Assembly: GCA_021158125.1 (NCBI GenBank)
Contig: JAGGVF010000012.1
Span: forward strand, 10,879 to 74,878
DNA: 64,000 nt
Reading direction: 5' to 3'
Origin: Candidatus Bathyarchaeota archaeon
GTDB lineage: Archaea; Thermoproteota; Bathyarchaeia; Bathyarchaeales; WUQV01
How positions within the stretch are numbered: position 1 is the first letter of the stretch; every line of letters starts with the position of its first letter. The notes beneath the pieces are model-generated. The model made no database searches, had not been told where the DNA came from, and was given only the letters and a program-made list of their open reading frames with translations. Positions 47,976-58,373 of the stretch are shown piece by piece. A program made the position numbers and the translations under genes.

Positions 47976-50096
47976 ATGAGCACATCCAACAATAAATCCG
48001 TAAATTTCCTAGCAACTATACTATTTTTAGAGCTTATATTCTGCCTTGCCATATTCTTAGACATTTCAATAGTTAGACAAGTTATTGGATTCCTATATCT
48101 ATCATTTGTCCCAGGATATATTATTCTTAAATTAATGGCAAATAAATCTAATATAATAGAAATAACCATTTTCTCGTTAGGCTTGAGCATTGCTTTTTTG
48201 ATGCTGATAGGACTTATTGTTAACATTTCTTGCCCATCACTCGGTATTTCACAGCCACTCTCATTGATCCCTTTAACAGTGGCACTTAATAGTTTTATAA
48301 CTTTGGGAGCCTTTATAGCCTATCTAAAAAGTGGTAAAGGAATAAATCTTTCCATGGTAAAAAACGTGCAGCTGCCCAAATCAACATTTTTGCTTCTTGC
48401 TCTCCCGGTTTTAAGCGTTATCGGAGCAATGTGGGTGAACATGTATGGAAATAATCTAATTTTACTGATTACAATAATAATTATTTCTCTCGTATTTCTC
48501 GGTGTTATCTTCAAAAGAAAGTCATCTTTAGACATTTATCCTTTAGCAATATTTATGATTTCTCTTTCTCTTCTCCTCCATTCTTCCCTTATATCCAATT
48601 ATATTGTTCCTTTGGGATCCGATGTTTCAGTTGAATATTTTGTCTTCGAAAATACTCAGAAAAATGCGTATTGGAACCCAAAGAACCCTTACTTTGGGCA
48701 TATAGGATATGGTAGGTTGCATTCGATGCTAAGTATCACCATTCTGCCGACAATCTATTCAACCTTATTAGAAATTGATCCAACCTGGGTGCTTAAGATA
48801 ATTTTTCCGCTGATATTTTCTTTTGTACCTTTAGGCTTATACCAGTTATATAAGGAGTATATAGGACAAAAGTACAGTTTTATATCGACCTTCTACTTCA
48901 TGGCTTATGAAACATTTTATGCCGAGATGTTAAGGCTAAACAGACAAATGATAGCGGAACTCTTCTTCATCTTGCTACTATTTAGCATCCTAAGTGATAA
49001 AATAAAAAAACCTACAAAAACCGTATACTTTATTCTTTTTAGCTTCAGTTTAATAACGTCGCATTATGGACTTTCAGAAATCTTTCTGTTTTTTATTTCT
49101 CTCACCCTTATTTCATTAATTATAATAAAAAGGCCTAGCAAGAACATAACTGTGAGCATGACTATTATATTTTTTGTTATAATGTTTGCATGGTACATTT
49201 ATATATCGAGTTCTGCTGTCTTCGATAGTTTATTGAATTACGCAGACTACGTCTACGATCAGTTAGATGAGTTTCTAAATCCGAGATCGAGAGGAAATAT
49301 TGTGTTGAGAGGCCTAGGATTGGAGGCACCTCCAACTGTCTGGAATGCAACTGGTAGGGCCTTTGCATATGCTACGCAACTCTTAGTTATGGTAGGCTTT
49401 GTTGGATTGTTAACAAAACGAGTAGAAACTTATTCTAGGGACTATTCCATACTTTCCTCAATATCCATGATATTTTTAGGAGCGCTCATATTGGTTCCGG
49501 GACTGGCGCAAACTATGAACATGACAAGGTTTTATCACATACTATTATTTTTCTTAGCACCGCTACTTGTGTTGGGAGCCGAGTTAATTGTTAAATTAAC
49601 CGTCAAGCGTCAAAAAAAGCTTGGATGCTTAATACTTCTATCAGTAGTTCTAGTACCATACTTTTTATTTCAGACCGGATTTGTATATGAGATCACTAAA
49701 AACCAAAGTTGGTCATTACCCTTAAGTAAATACCGAATGAACCCTATTTTCCTTAAAATAGCAATGAAGTATTTTGATGAATCTGAGGTGATGGGAGCCA
49801 TGTGGATACCAAAATACGGAGATCTTAATAGTTCTAAAACGTATGCAGATGCTCCGTCAACTTCAGCTCTTCTCAATGGTTATGGCATGATGATTTTCGG
49901 CGTCAATATGGGACGCCTATCGAATGTTACGTTAATTCCCTCGAATTCTTATATTTACCTAAATAAGTTGAATACGATAAACAATATTGTAGTAACTGAA
50001 AATTACCTATTGAACACTACGGAACTTAATGTACTCAATTCCTCAAATAAAATATATTCAAATGGTGAAAGTGAAATCTACCAACTAAATGAATGA
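47976..50096 (+). CDS. DUF2206-like polytopic membrane protein
   Basis: More than 15 TMs; FVPGY, SITILPTIYS, RQMIAELF, RFYH, KIYSNGE. Confidence 0.75.
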   Translation: MSTSNNKSVNFLATILFLELIFCLAIFLDISIVRQVIGFLYLSFVPGYIILKLMANKSNIIEITIFSLGLSIAFLMLIGLIVNISCPSLGISQPLSLIPLTVALNSFITLGAFIAYLKSGKGINLSMVKNVQLPKSTFLLLALPVLSVIGAMWVNMYGNNLILLITIIIISLVFLGVIFKRKSSLDIYPLAIFMISLSLLLHSSLISNYIVPLGSDVSVEYFVFENTQKNAYWNPKNPYFGHIGYGRLHSMLSITILPTIYSTLLEIDPTWVLKIIFPLIFSFVPLGLYQLYKEYIGQKYSFISTFYFMAYETFYAEMLRLNRQMIAELFFILLLFSILSDKIKKPTKTVYFILFSFSLITSHYGLSEIFLFFISLTLISLIIIKRPSKNITVSMTIIFFVIMFAWYIYISSSAVFDSLLNYADYVYDQLDEFLNPRSRGNIVLRGLGLEAPPTVWNATGRAFAYATQLLVMVGFVGLLTKRVETYSRDYSILSSISMIFLGALILVPGLAQTMNMTRFYHILLFFLAPLLVLGAELIVKLTVKRQKKLGCLILLSVVLVPYFLFQTGFVYEITKNQSWSLPLSKYRMNPIFLKIAMKYFDESEVMGAMWIPKYGDLNSSKTYADAPSTSALLNGYGMMIFGVNMGRLSNVTLIPSNSYIYLNKLNTINNIVVTENYLLNTTELNVLNSSNKIYSNGESEIYQLNE

Positions 50097-50126
50097 TTGA
50101 TATAATACTTTAATAGTATTTTTCTA

Positions 50127-51257
50127 ATGGTGATCAAACTGACTAACTTGCACCTCAAACACGTTACCGAAAAATCAACAGTTCAAAACACTAATCTCAT
50201 CTGCAATGCAGATGAGGTTGCAATAATTTTACTCACATACAACAGCGTATCAAAGCTTCAAAGATATTTTGACAAAGTGTTACACGGTCTCCTTGCGCAG
50301 GATTACTCTAACTTAAAAATATTCATAATTGATAACGGCTCAACAGACAATACCGTGGACTACGTGAAGATAAAAGGTAACGGTTATTTCAAGATTTTGC
50401 ACTTCAAAAAAAATCTTGGCTGGAGCGGAGGTAATAATAGAGGAGCAATTCTTTGTAGGAAATCTTCATTTTTATTTTTTATAAATGACGACGTTATCCT
50501 AGAAAATAATTGTGTAAGGGAACTAGTAAATTTCTTAAATAAAGAAAAGACGTTAGGTGCAGTTCAACCGCTAATTAAAAACAGAGATGGTAGCTTATTT
50601 TGCGGAGCTATCCTCAGCTTTTCAGGCCTTCCCCACCCAGTAACCAGACCTCCGAAACATCCATGGTTTGAAGTTTTTTACGCATCGGGAGCTGCTTTAT
50701 TTGTTAGAACCCGCTTATTTTTTGAAGTTGGAATGTTTGATGAAGATTTCTTCTTCTGGCGTGATGATGTAGATTTCTGTTGGAGATTAAGGCTTGCCGG
50801 TTACAAAGTAGCATGTTTTACAAGGGTAAAAGCACATCATTACGTAAGTGCTACACTTGGGGAGCACAATCCAATCATTAGTTATTATTTTACACGAAAT
50901 AACATTTGGCTTCTCGCAAAATGTTGTAGCCTTAAAAATTTCTTACTCAAATTTTTCATCTTTATTTTAGAAGTTTCTATGAACATCCCAGGCTTATTAT
51001 TAATTAAGGACTACAAGAGAGTCTTAAATATTATTAAAGGGGTATTAGACGGCTTATTTGGGCTAGGTAAAGCAATACTCAAGAAAAAGCGTATAATACG
51101 AAGAATAGAAGAAAGTAAAATTAATAAAATGACAAAAATATATTTCGACATTAGATACATGCTTTCTTTTTTCCTTAAGTTAAAAAGTAAATTAAATCTC
51201 TTTATTGCTCTGAAAAAGACGTTGAAAATGATGAAAAATTTGACTTCTAAACAATAG
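50127..51257 (+). CDS. GT2 glycosyltransferase (rhamnosyltransferase-like)
   Basis: IDNGSTD, NLGWSGGNN, FINDD, FDEDFF..DDVDFCWR. Confidence 0.88.
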   Translation: MVIKLTNLHLKHVTEKSTVQNTNLICNADEVAIILLTYNSVSKLQRYFDKVLHGLLAQDYSNLKIFIIDNGSTDNTVDYVKIKGNGYFKILHFKKNLGWSGGNNRGAILCRKSSFLFFINDDVILENNCVRELVNFLNKEKTLGAVQPLIKNRDGSLFCGAILSFSGLPHPVTRPPKHPWFEVFYASGAALFVRTRLFFEVGMFDEDFFFWRDDVDFCWRLRLAGYKVACFTRVKAHHYVSATLGEHNPIISYYFTRNNIWLLAKCCSLKNFLLKFFIFILEVSMNIPGLLLIKDYKRVLNIIKGVLDGLFGLGKAILKKKRIIRRIEESKINKMTKIYFDIRYMLSFFLKLKSKLNLFIALKKTLKMMKNLTSKQ

Positions 51258-51352
51258 ACAGCAACCATCTCTCAAAGATTAGACTTAGTGATGAGAATCA
51301 AGAAGGGTAGTTATAAATACAACGGCAAAGGTGTAGCCAAAGCTTAACTAGG

Positions 51353-52363
51353 GTGATAGAAACGGATATGCCCTTAGTTAGCATAATTATTCCATGTTAT
51401 AACTATGGCTGCTATTTAGCTGAGGCCATCGAAAGTGCTAGGGCACAAACGTACTTCAACATTGAGATCATCGTAATCGATGACGGCTCAACTGACAACA
51501 CAAAACAAGTCGCAAAACGTTATCCTGTAAAGTATTATTATCAAAAAAATCAGGGAAAAGGGGCCGCCTTAAATAATGGAGTCAGTCTATCGGAAGGCGA
51601 TTTTTTCCTTTGTCTAGACGCTGACGATAAACTTGCTCCCAGTTATGTTGAAAAGACTATGAAAGTGATGATGAAAAATTCTAAAATAGGATTTGTCTGC
51701 ACAGGTTCAAAGGTATGGAACGAAGACAGCAAGATTGAAGATATATGGATACCCCACAAAATATTTAGCAAATATGAGCTTATTTCAGGATGGGAAGGAA
51801 ACCTAGGTCCAGCGTTAATACGACGCGAGGCTTTTGATAATCTAGATTTTGGATACGACGTTCGCTTACCATTTCATTGGGATTTGGAAATTTGTCTTAG
51901 ATTACTTAGCAAAGGCTGGAAAATGGGAATAATCCCAGAACCGCTTCATTGGTACAGGCTTCATAAAGGTTCAATTAATTCTGATTCACGAAAAAATAAG
52001 GAACAACTTGAAAGAATCGTTGAATGGTATATAAGCAAGAGATATCCATGGTCGGTACTTTACAAGAATCTTTATGCTTTTTACAGAAATACGTTTGGTA
52101 GAGCAGCCACATTCATGCTGCATCCTATTGCATACTTTAAAGGAGTCAGGAAAAAAATTGAAGTAAATATGTTGGTAAAATCGAATTGTTGGAATAATTT
52201 GGAAGAATTCAAAAATGCCCAACAATTTCTTCGAGAGATTTTATTAACAGTTGACAGACAGATAAGGTGGTCATGGAACAGAAAATTAAATGATTATTAC
52301 GTAGAACGACTGAGGATATTAGAATCACGACTTCGAAGAATGTTACAGGGTAATCATATTTAA
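51353..52363 (+). CDS. GT2 glycosyltransferase
   Basis: IIPCYNYG, IDDGSTD, LDADD, WYRLH. Confidence 0.88.
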   Translation: MIETDMPLVSIIIPCYNYGCYLAEAIESARAQTYFNIEIIVIDDGSTDNTKQVAKRYPVKYYYQKNQGKGAALNNGVSLSEGDFFLCLDADDKLAPSYVEKTMKVMMKNSKIGFVCTGSKVWNEDSKIEDIWIPHKIFSKYELISGWEGNLGPALIRREAFDNLDFGYDVRLPFHWDLEICLRLLSKGWKMGIIPEPLHWYRLHKGSINSDSRKNKEQLERIVEWYISKRYPWSVLYKNLYAFYRNTFGRAATFMLHPIAYFKGVRKKIEVNMLVKSNCWNNLEEFKNAQQFLREILLTVDRQIRWSWNRKLNDYYVERLRILESRLRRMLQGNHI

Positions 52364-52417
52364 GATCGCGGTCAAGTAAAATTACTGCAAATGCAACTGC
52401 TGTGAGGTTTTTGTAAA

Positions 52418-53269
52418 ATGATAAAAAAAGTCGTCATCCCTGCGGCTGGATTAGGTACAAGACTGCTTCCTGCTACTAAGGAAATGCCCAAAGAGATGCT
52501 TCCTATATTTTGTATCGGGAAAAATGGAATAATTTATTTAAAACCGATGTTGCATGCAATTTTTGAGCAATTGTATAATGAGGGATTTAGAGAATTCGCC
52601 TTCATAGTTGGCAGAGGTAAAAGAGCAATTGAAGACTATTTCTCCCCAGACTATGACTTTGTACAATATCTTAAAAATAGGAACAAAAATGCCATGGCCC
52701 AAGAATTAAAAGAATTTTATGAGAAAATAAACAACTCAACTATAGTGTTTATAAATCAGCCAGTACCTAGGGGGTTTGGAGATGCGGTTTCTAAAGCCTC
52801 AATATTCACTCAAGAGGAGCCCTTCTTATTGCATGCAGGTGACGATTTAATAGTATCCCAAAACAATAATCATATAAAACGTATCATAAGAATTTTTGAT
52901 AACTTTAAAGCTGATGCCGTGTTTATGGTTGAAGAGGTTGAAGATCCAAGTAAATACGGCGTTATTAAAGGATACGAAGTCGAAAAGGGCATTTTTAAAG
53001 TTACTCAAGTTGTTGAGAAACCTAAGATGCCAATATCTAAATTTGCAATAATCGCGTTGTATGCCTTTAGACCGATGATTTATCAAGCCATCGAGAAGAC
53101 CCCACCAGATGAAAACGGCGAAATACAGTTGACAGATGCGCTTCAACTTATGATAGACTGGCAATATGATGTTTACGCTATTAAACTACAAAGAAATGAA
53201 AAGAGGATAGATATAGGAACTGCTGAGAGCTACTTTAAAACACTAAACAATGCAAAAATTTTCAAATAA
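52418..53269 (+). CDS. galU: UTP--glucose-1-phosphate uridylyltransferase
   Basis: VIPAAGLGTRLLPATKEMPKEMLP, RGFGDAV, VEKP, EIQLTDA, DIG. Confidence 0.88.
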   Translation: MIKKVVIPAAGLGTRLLPATKEMPKEMLPIFCIGKNGIIYLKPMLHAIFEQLYNEGFREFAFIVGRGKRAIEDYFSPDYDFVQYLKNRNKNAMAQELKEFYEKINNSTIVFINQPVPRGFGDAVSKASIFTQEEPFLLHAGDDLIVSQNNNHIKRIIRIFDNFKADAVFMVEEVEDPSKYGVIKGYEVEKGIFKVTQVVEKPKMPISKFAIIALYAFRPMIYQAIEKTPPDENGEIQLTDALQLMIDWQYDVYAIKLQRNEKRIDIGTAESYFKTLNNAKIFK

Positions 53270-53290
53270 AGGAATTTTTAGGAGATAATT

Positions 53291-54625
53291 ATGGTTAAAC
53301 AAGATGTATCCATAATTGGAGTTGGATATGTAGGTCTTTGCACAGCAATTGCATTTGCAAAAAAAGGCTATAGAGTAATAGCGGTGGATTATGACTATGA
53401 AAAGATAGCATTGGTAAAAAGAGGAATTCTTCCCTTTTACGAGAGAGGCTTAGAAACGGCATTAAAACATGTTCTAAAGAAAAATTGCCTAGAATGCAGC
53501 TTAAATTATGACGAGGCTATTCTTAAAACTGACATAACTTTTATCACGGTTGGAACTCCCAGTAAACCCGATGGAAGTATAGACTTACAGTATATTAAGA
53601 CATCTGCGCGTGAAATCGGAGATGCATTAAGGAAAAAGGAAGACTACCATTTAGTTGTCGTTAAAAGCACGGTTATACCGGGAACTACGGAAAACGTCGT
53701 CAAACCAATAATCGAAAAGTTTTCGGGAAAACAATGCGGAGATAAGTTTGGCATATGTGTAAATCCAGAATTTCTCCGTGAAGGAAGGGCGCTTCATGAC
53801 ACTCTAAATCCTGACCGCATAATTATTGGGGAATACGATAGAAGGTCGGGAGACACCCTAGAAAACTTCTATAGAAGGCTTCATGATGGAAAAATGTCTC
53901 CAGTCATTAGAACAAATCTTGCTACAGCGGAAATGATAAAGTATGCAAATAACGCCTTTCTGGCTACAAAAATCAGTTTTATAAACCAAATTGCCAATAT
54001 CTGCGAAAGAATAGAAGGAGTCGATGTAACTGTAGTTGCTAAAGCTATTGGATTAGACAAACGAATAGGCCCATTATTTCTAAATGCCGGAATAGGATAT
54101 GGAGGAAGTTGTCTCCCTAAGGACATTAAGGCACTTATAAACTTCTCTAAAAGTTTGGGGTACGAACCAAAGCTGTTAGAAGCTGTGGATTTAGTTAACG
54201 AAACTCAATGTCAGAGAGTTATCGATTTCTGTAAAAGTGTTTTAGGTAACATTAAGGGAAAACGAATAGCAATTCTCGGTTTGGCCTTCAAACCAGATAC
54301 CGACGATATACGAGGGGCTATTTCTATAAAGATCATTAAAGCCCTTCTGAGAGAGGAAGCCGACATAATAGCTTATGACCCAGCGGCTATGCATAACGTA
54401 AGGAAAAAGTTAGGTAACAGTATTAAATACGCCGACTCGCCGATAAATTGCATAAAAAATGCCGATTGCTGCATAATTGTTACAGAATGGGAACAATTTA
54501 AAAAGTTAAAACCCAACGAGTTTATACAAAATATGAGACGACCTTTCTTAATCGATGGAAGAAGAATTTTTGATCCGAAGAAGTATGGCTCAAAACTTGA
54601 ATTCAAAGCAATAGGTTTAGGTTAA
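53291..54625 (+). CDS. ugd: UDP-glucose/GDP-mannose 6-dehydrogenase
   Basis: IGVGYVG, VVKSTV.PG, NPEFLREG, KYANNAFLA, GGSCLPKD, FKPDTDD. Confidence 0.9.
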   Translation: MVKQDVSIIGVGYVGLCTAIAFAKKGYRVIAVDYDYEKIALVKRGILPFYERGLETALKHVLKKNCLECSLNYDEAILKTDITFITVGTPSKPDGSIDLQYIKTSAREIGDALRKKEDYHLVVVKSTVIPGTTENVVKPIIEKFSGKQCGDKFGICVNPEFLREGRALHDTLNPDRIIIGEYDRRSGDTLENFYRRLHDGKMSPVIRTNLATAEMIKYANNAFLATKISFINQIANICERIEGVDVTVVAKAIGLDKRIGPLFLNAGIGYGGSCLPKDIKALINFSKSLGYEPKLLEAVDLVNETQCQRVIDFCKSVLGNIKGKRIAILGLAFKPDTDDIRGAISIKIIKALLREEADIIAYDPAAMHNVRKKLGNSIKYADSPINCIKNADCCIIVTEWEQFKKLKPNEFIQNMRRPFLIDGRRIFDPKKYGSKLEFKAIGLG

Positions 54626-54681
54626 AATACTGATTATCCCCCTGAGCCCTCTGTTACGTATTTTTCGACAAGTGAGTTATT

Positions 54682-55746
54682 ATGGATCCAAAAGTTTCAA
54701 TTTTGTGGATAAACTATAACAGTTCCAGTTTCATAAATCTTGCATTAGAATCGCTGTATGCCATAAAAAATCTAGATTATCCAAATTACGAACTTATCAT
54801 AGTAGATAACGCATCTACCGATGATAGCTTGGAAATTATAAGTAAATTTGTTAAGAGCCACCAAATTAAAAGCAAAATTATTAGACTCGAAAAAAATGCT
54901 GGGTACACTGGTGGAAATAATGCAGCCTATAGGGCTAGAGATCCTGACAGCAAATACATAGTTCTTTTAAACAATGATGCAGTCCCGAAAAGAGACAGTT
55001 TAAGAAAATTAGTGAAAATTATGGAAAATGATGAATCCTTAGGGGCAGTTCAGGGCATCATCCTTAACTATGACGAAGAAACGATAGACACTGCTGGAGA
55101 TTATCTTAGTGAATTGTTTGATGCGCTTTCGCGTGGACAAGGAAGGAGGATTCAACCAAAGAGGGAAGTTTACGCCACATCCCCCGACGGCGCCTATTCA
55201 ATTTGTAGGGTTGAAGCCATTAAAAAGGCCATGGGTAGCGATAAGAGAATCTTCGACGATTTTATTTTTGCTTGTTTAGATGATTACATGTTAGGTCTAA
55301 GATTATGGAACAGCGGTTTTAAGGTAAAAGTAGTTTCGTTAATAACAGCCAAACATAAGAGAGGTTCGTCCTTTAAGAAGGTTACATTGCTGCAGTTTTA
55401 TCTTGGAGTAAGGAATTATATCGCACTTAACGAAATGTCCAATAGCAGATATAAAAATCTTCTTAGGATATTTTTTGTTAAGCAATTGTTTGTATACTTT
55501 TTATTTAGAATATTCAGGATTTTCGGTTTAAAAACCCAGCCGGACTGCAAGGAAGCGGCAGCAGTCTTCCTAAGAGCATTCATTGATGGAATAAGAATTG
55601 GCAGAATGAAGAGAAAACGTAAAGATACCGTTGACATGTATAAAGCACCAATTGTAAGAATCGAACCGTTGATAGCTTTCCTCGGAGTTATGACTAGCCC
55701 ACGGTTAATAGACGCCTACGTTAGAAAACAATTAGATAAGATATAA
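54682..55746 (+). CDS. GT2 glycosyltransferase
   Basis: VDNASTD, NAGYTGGNN, LLNND. Confidence 0.85.
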   Translation: MDPKVSILWINYNSSSFINLALESLYAIKNLDYPNYELIIVDNASTDDSLEIISKFVKSHQIKSKIIRLEKNAGYTGGNNAAYRARDPDSKYIVLLNNDAVPKRDSLRKLVKIMENDESLGAVQGIILNYDEETIDTAGDYLSELFDALSRGQGRRIQPKREVYATSPDGAYSICRVEAIKKAMGSDKRIFDDFIFACLDDYMLGLRLWNSGFKVKVVSLITAKHKRGSSFKKVTLLQFYLGVRNYIALNEMSNSRYKNLLRIFFVKQLFVYFLFRIFRIFGLKTQPDCKEAAAVFLRAFIDGIRIGRMKRKRKDTVDMYKAPIVRIEPLIAFLGVMTSPRLIDAYVRKQLDKI

Positions 55747-55845
55747 TAGTATAACCGTTCAGCGACAACTACCAAAATAAATACTTGTGCAACGTATACT
55801 CTTTTTATTATGTAATGTCTCGTCGTGTTGTTGGTTGGTGAATAA

Positions 55846-56379
55846 ATGGTTGTTTCAAGCGGAATAAAAACGTTCTCTCTCGAAGGTGTTAAAACCTACG
55901 ACTTAAATGTTCTAACTGACGAAAGAGGCTTCTTTGCTGAAGCTCTGAGACAAGATTGGAATGAATTGTTGGCCAATAAATGGATAGTCCAGGCTAACAT
56001 AAGTTTTAGCTATCCTAAAATAGTTCGAGCTTGGCATAAACATGAACGTGGTCAAGTAGATTACTTTCTGGTTCTTAAAGGAGCTGTCAAAATATGTGCG
56101 TATGATGATAAAACAGGAAAGCTTGTTGAGATAATTGCAAGCGAACATAAACCACGTATAGTTAGGATTCCCGGAAAGTATTGGCATGGCACAATGACGG
56201 TAGGTAATACTCCATCCTTGATAGTTTACTTTGTTGATAGACTCTACGACTATTATAATCCTGACGAAGTTAGAAGACCTTGGAATGATAAATCTATAAT
56301 CCCAACGGAAATCAACGGCAGAAAAGATGATCCACGTGTTGGTAAGCCTTGGGATTGGTTCTATCCACCCCATAAATAA
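55846..56379 (+). CDS. rmlC: dTDP-4-dehydrorhamnose 3,5-epimerase
   Basis: DERGFF, RAWHKH, WHG cupin motifs; rml context. Confidence 0.85.
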   Translation: MVVSSGIKTFSLEGVKTYDLNVLTDERGFFAEALRQDWNELLANKWIVQANISFSYPKIVRAWHKHERGQVDYFLVLKGAVKICAYDDKTGKLVEIIASEHKPRIVRIPGKYWHGTMTVGNTPSLIVYFVDRLYDYYNPDEVRRPWNDKSIIPTEINGRKDDPRVGKPWDWFYPPHK

Positions 56380-56391
56380 GGTGCTGATTTA

Positions 56392-57393
56392 ATGAAACTT
56401 TTAGTTACCGGAGGCCTAGGTTTCATAGGAAGCAACTTCATAAAGTATATGCTTAACAAACATAGAGACATTGCGATAATCAATGTTGACAAAATGTCTT
56501 ATGGCTCGAATCCTGCCAATCTGAAAGATCTCAAGACAGATCGAAGGTACTCATTCATAAAAGGAGATATATCTGACAGGAGATCTGTACAGAAACTAAT
56601 ATCAAATGTTGATGCCATAGTAAATATGGCTGCTGAAACACATGTTGACAGAAGCATTTCAGATCCATTACCCTTTCTATTAAGCAACACTATTGGCGTT
56701 TTCAATTTGCTTGAAGCGATTAGGAATGTTAACTCTAAAATTAGACTTGTACAGGTTTCAACTGACGAAGTTTACGGAAGCATACTTAGTGGCTCTTTCA
56801 AGGAAAATGCTTGCCTTATGCCCTCGAATCCCTATTCTGCGTCAAAGGCTTCAGCAGATATGTTCTGCCTAGCCTATTATCGAACTTACAATCTTAACAT
56901 CACAGTGACAAGATGCACAAACAATTTTGGACCATATCAGTTTCCAGAGAAGTTTATACCTAAGACTATTATCAGGGCTAGTATGAATCTGAAAGTTCCA
57001 CTATATGGTTCCGGAGCGAATATAAGGGATTGGATCTATGTGGTTGATCATTGTGAAGCTTTAGAAAAAGTATTGTTTTATGGAAAAGCTGGAGAAATTT
57101 ACAATATTTCCGCCGAAAACGAGTATTCAAACATAGAGATTGTAAAAATGATACTTGAAATAATGGATAAGCCAGAACACTTAATAAAATTTGTAACGGA
57201 TAGGCCCGGACACGATATGCGTTACTCTTTAGATTCAAGCAAAATTAGGAAAGAACTCGGATGGAACCCCGCTCACTCCTTCAAAGAGGCCCTAGAAGAA
57301 ACCATAAATTGGTATCTCGAAAACGGGTGGTGGTGGAGACCTTTGGCTACTGAAAGGATACTACATTCTACTCCATGGAAACTAAAGTGGTGA
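56392..57393 (+). CDS. rmlB: dTDP-glucose 4,6-dehydratase
   Basis: TGGLGFIGS, AAETHVDRS, VSTDEVYG, YSASK, QFPEK, DRPGHD. Confidence 0.95.
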   Translation: MKLLVTGGLGFIGSNFIKYMLNKHRDIAIINVDKMSYGSNPANLKDLKTDRRYSFIKGDISDRRSVQKLISNVDAIVNMAAETHVDRSISDPLPFLLSNTIGVFNLLEAIRNVNSKIRLVQVSTDEVYGSILSGSFKENACLMPSNPYSASKASADMFCLAYYRTYNLNITVTRCTNNFGPYQFPEKFIPKTIIRASMNLKVPLYGSGANIRDWIYVVDHCEALEKVLFYGKAGEIYNISAENEYSNIEIVKMILEIMDKPEHLIKFVTDRPGHDMRYSLDSSKIRKELGWNPAHSFKEALEETINWYLENGWWWRPLATERILHSTPWKLKW

Positions 57394-58310
57394 CTACGAT
57401 CTTGAAACTTCTAATCACTGGTGCCAGTGGATTATTTGGGTCCAAACTAGCTGAACTCGCCCTTACTAAAGACTATGAAGTTTACTCTTCATACAATCAG
57501 CACTTTCCTCAATGGGGAACTCCCATAAAAATGGACTTATTAGACAACAACGCTTGTAAAAAAGCTTTTGAAAGAATAAAGCCAGAAATAGTTGTACATT
57601 CAGCAGCATTAACCAACTTAGACTTATGCGAAAAAAACAGAGAATTAGCGTGGAAGGTTAACGTAGAAGGAACTAAGAAAATTCTAAACCTCTGTAAAAG
57701 GCACAGCGCCTTTCTCATATTTATTTCGACAGATTATGTTTTTAACGGAAATAAAGGGTTTTATTCAGAAAAGGACGAACCATTTCCCATAAATTATTAT
57801 GGATACACGAAGTTAAAGGCAGAAGAAATCATCAAAGGGAGTTTAGAGGAGTACTGTATAATTAGAACAAGCGTTATTTTTGGGTCTAGACCGGCTACTG
57901 GCAAGATAAACTTCGCATTATGGGTTCTTGAAAGTTTAAAGCAAAATAGAAAAATAGAAATTGTAACTGATCAGATAAATTCCCCAACGCTTAACACAAG
58001 TTTGGCAAGCATGACATTAGAAGTTGCTGAAAGACAATTAACCGAAGTTTTACATTTGGCTGGAGCTACTCCCATCAGTAGATACGAATTCGCAAGACTT
58101 CTTGCACAGGAATTTAATTTAAACCAAGAACTAATTCGGCCAACAACATCAGATAAAATAAATTGGATAGCAAAGAGGCCAAAAAATACATCTCTCAATG
58201 TAACTAAAGCTTTAAATTTATTGAAAAATAGGCCAATATGTATCCGGAAAGCTGTAAGACAACTAAAAAGCGAGCTAAGTTTGTATAAGAAAAATAATTG
58301 GACTTTTTAA
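57375..58310 (+). CDS. rmlD: dTDP-4-dehydrorhamnose reductase
   Basis: ITGASGLFG, ISTDYVF, YGYTK, TDQINSPT. Confidence 0.92.
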   Translation: METKVVTTILKLLITGASGLFGSKLAELALTKDYEVYSSYNQHFPQWGTPIKMDLLDNNACKKAFERIKPEIVVHSAALTNLDLCEKNRELAWKVNVEGTKKILNLCKRHSAFLIFISTDYVFNGNKGFYSEKDEPFPINYYGYTKLKAEEIIKGSLEEYCIIRTSVIFGSRPATGKINFALWVLESLKQNRKIEIVTDQINSPTLNTSLASMTLEVAERQLTEVLHLAGATPISRYEFARLLAQEFNLNQELIRPTTSDKINWIAKRPKNTSLNVTKALNLLKNRPICIRKAVRQLKSELSLYKKNNWTF

Positions 58311-58373
58311 TGGAAGTTATTGTTGCATTTAAACGGTTTTTCATGCAATGACGAAAAGACTAGAGGGAATTGT

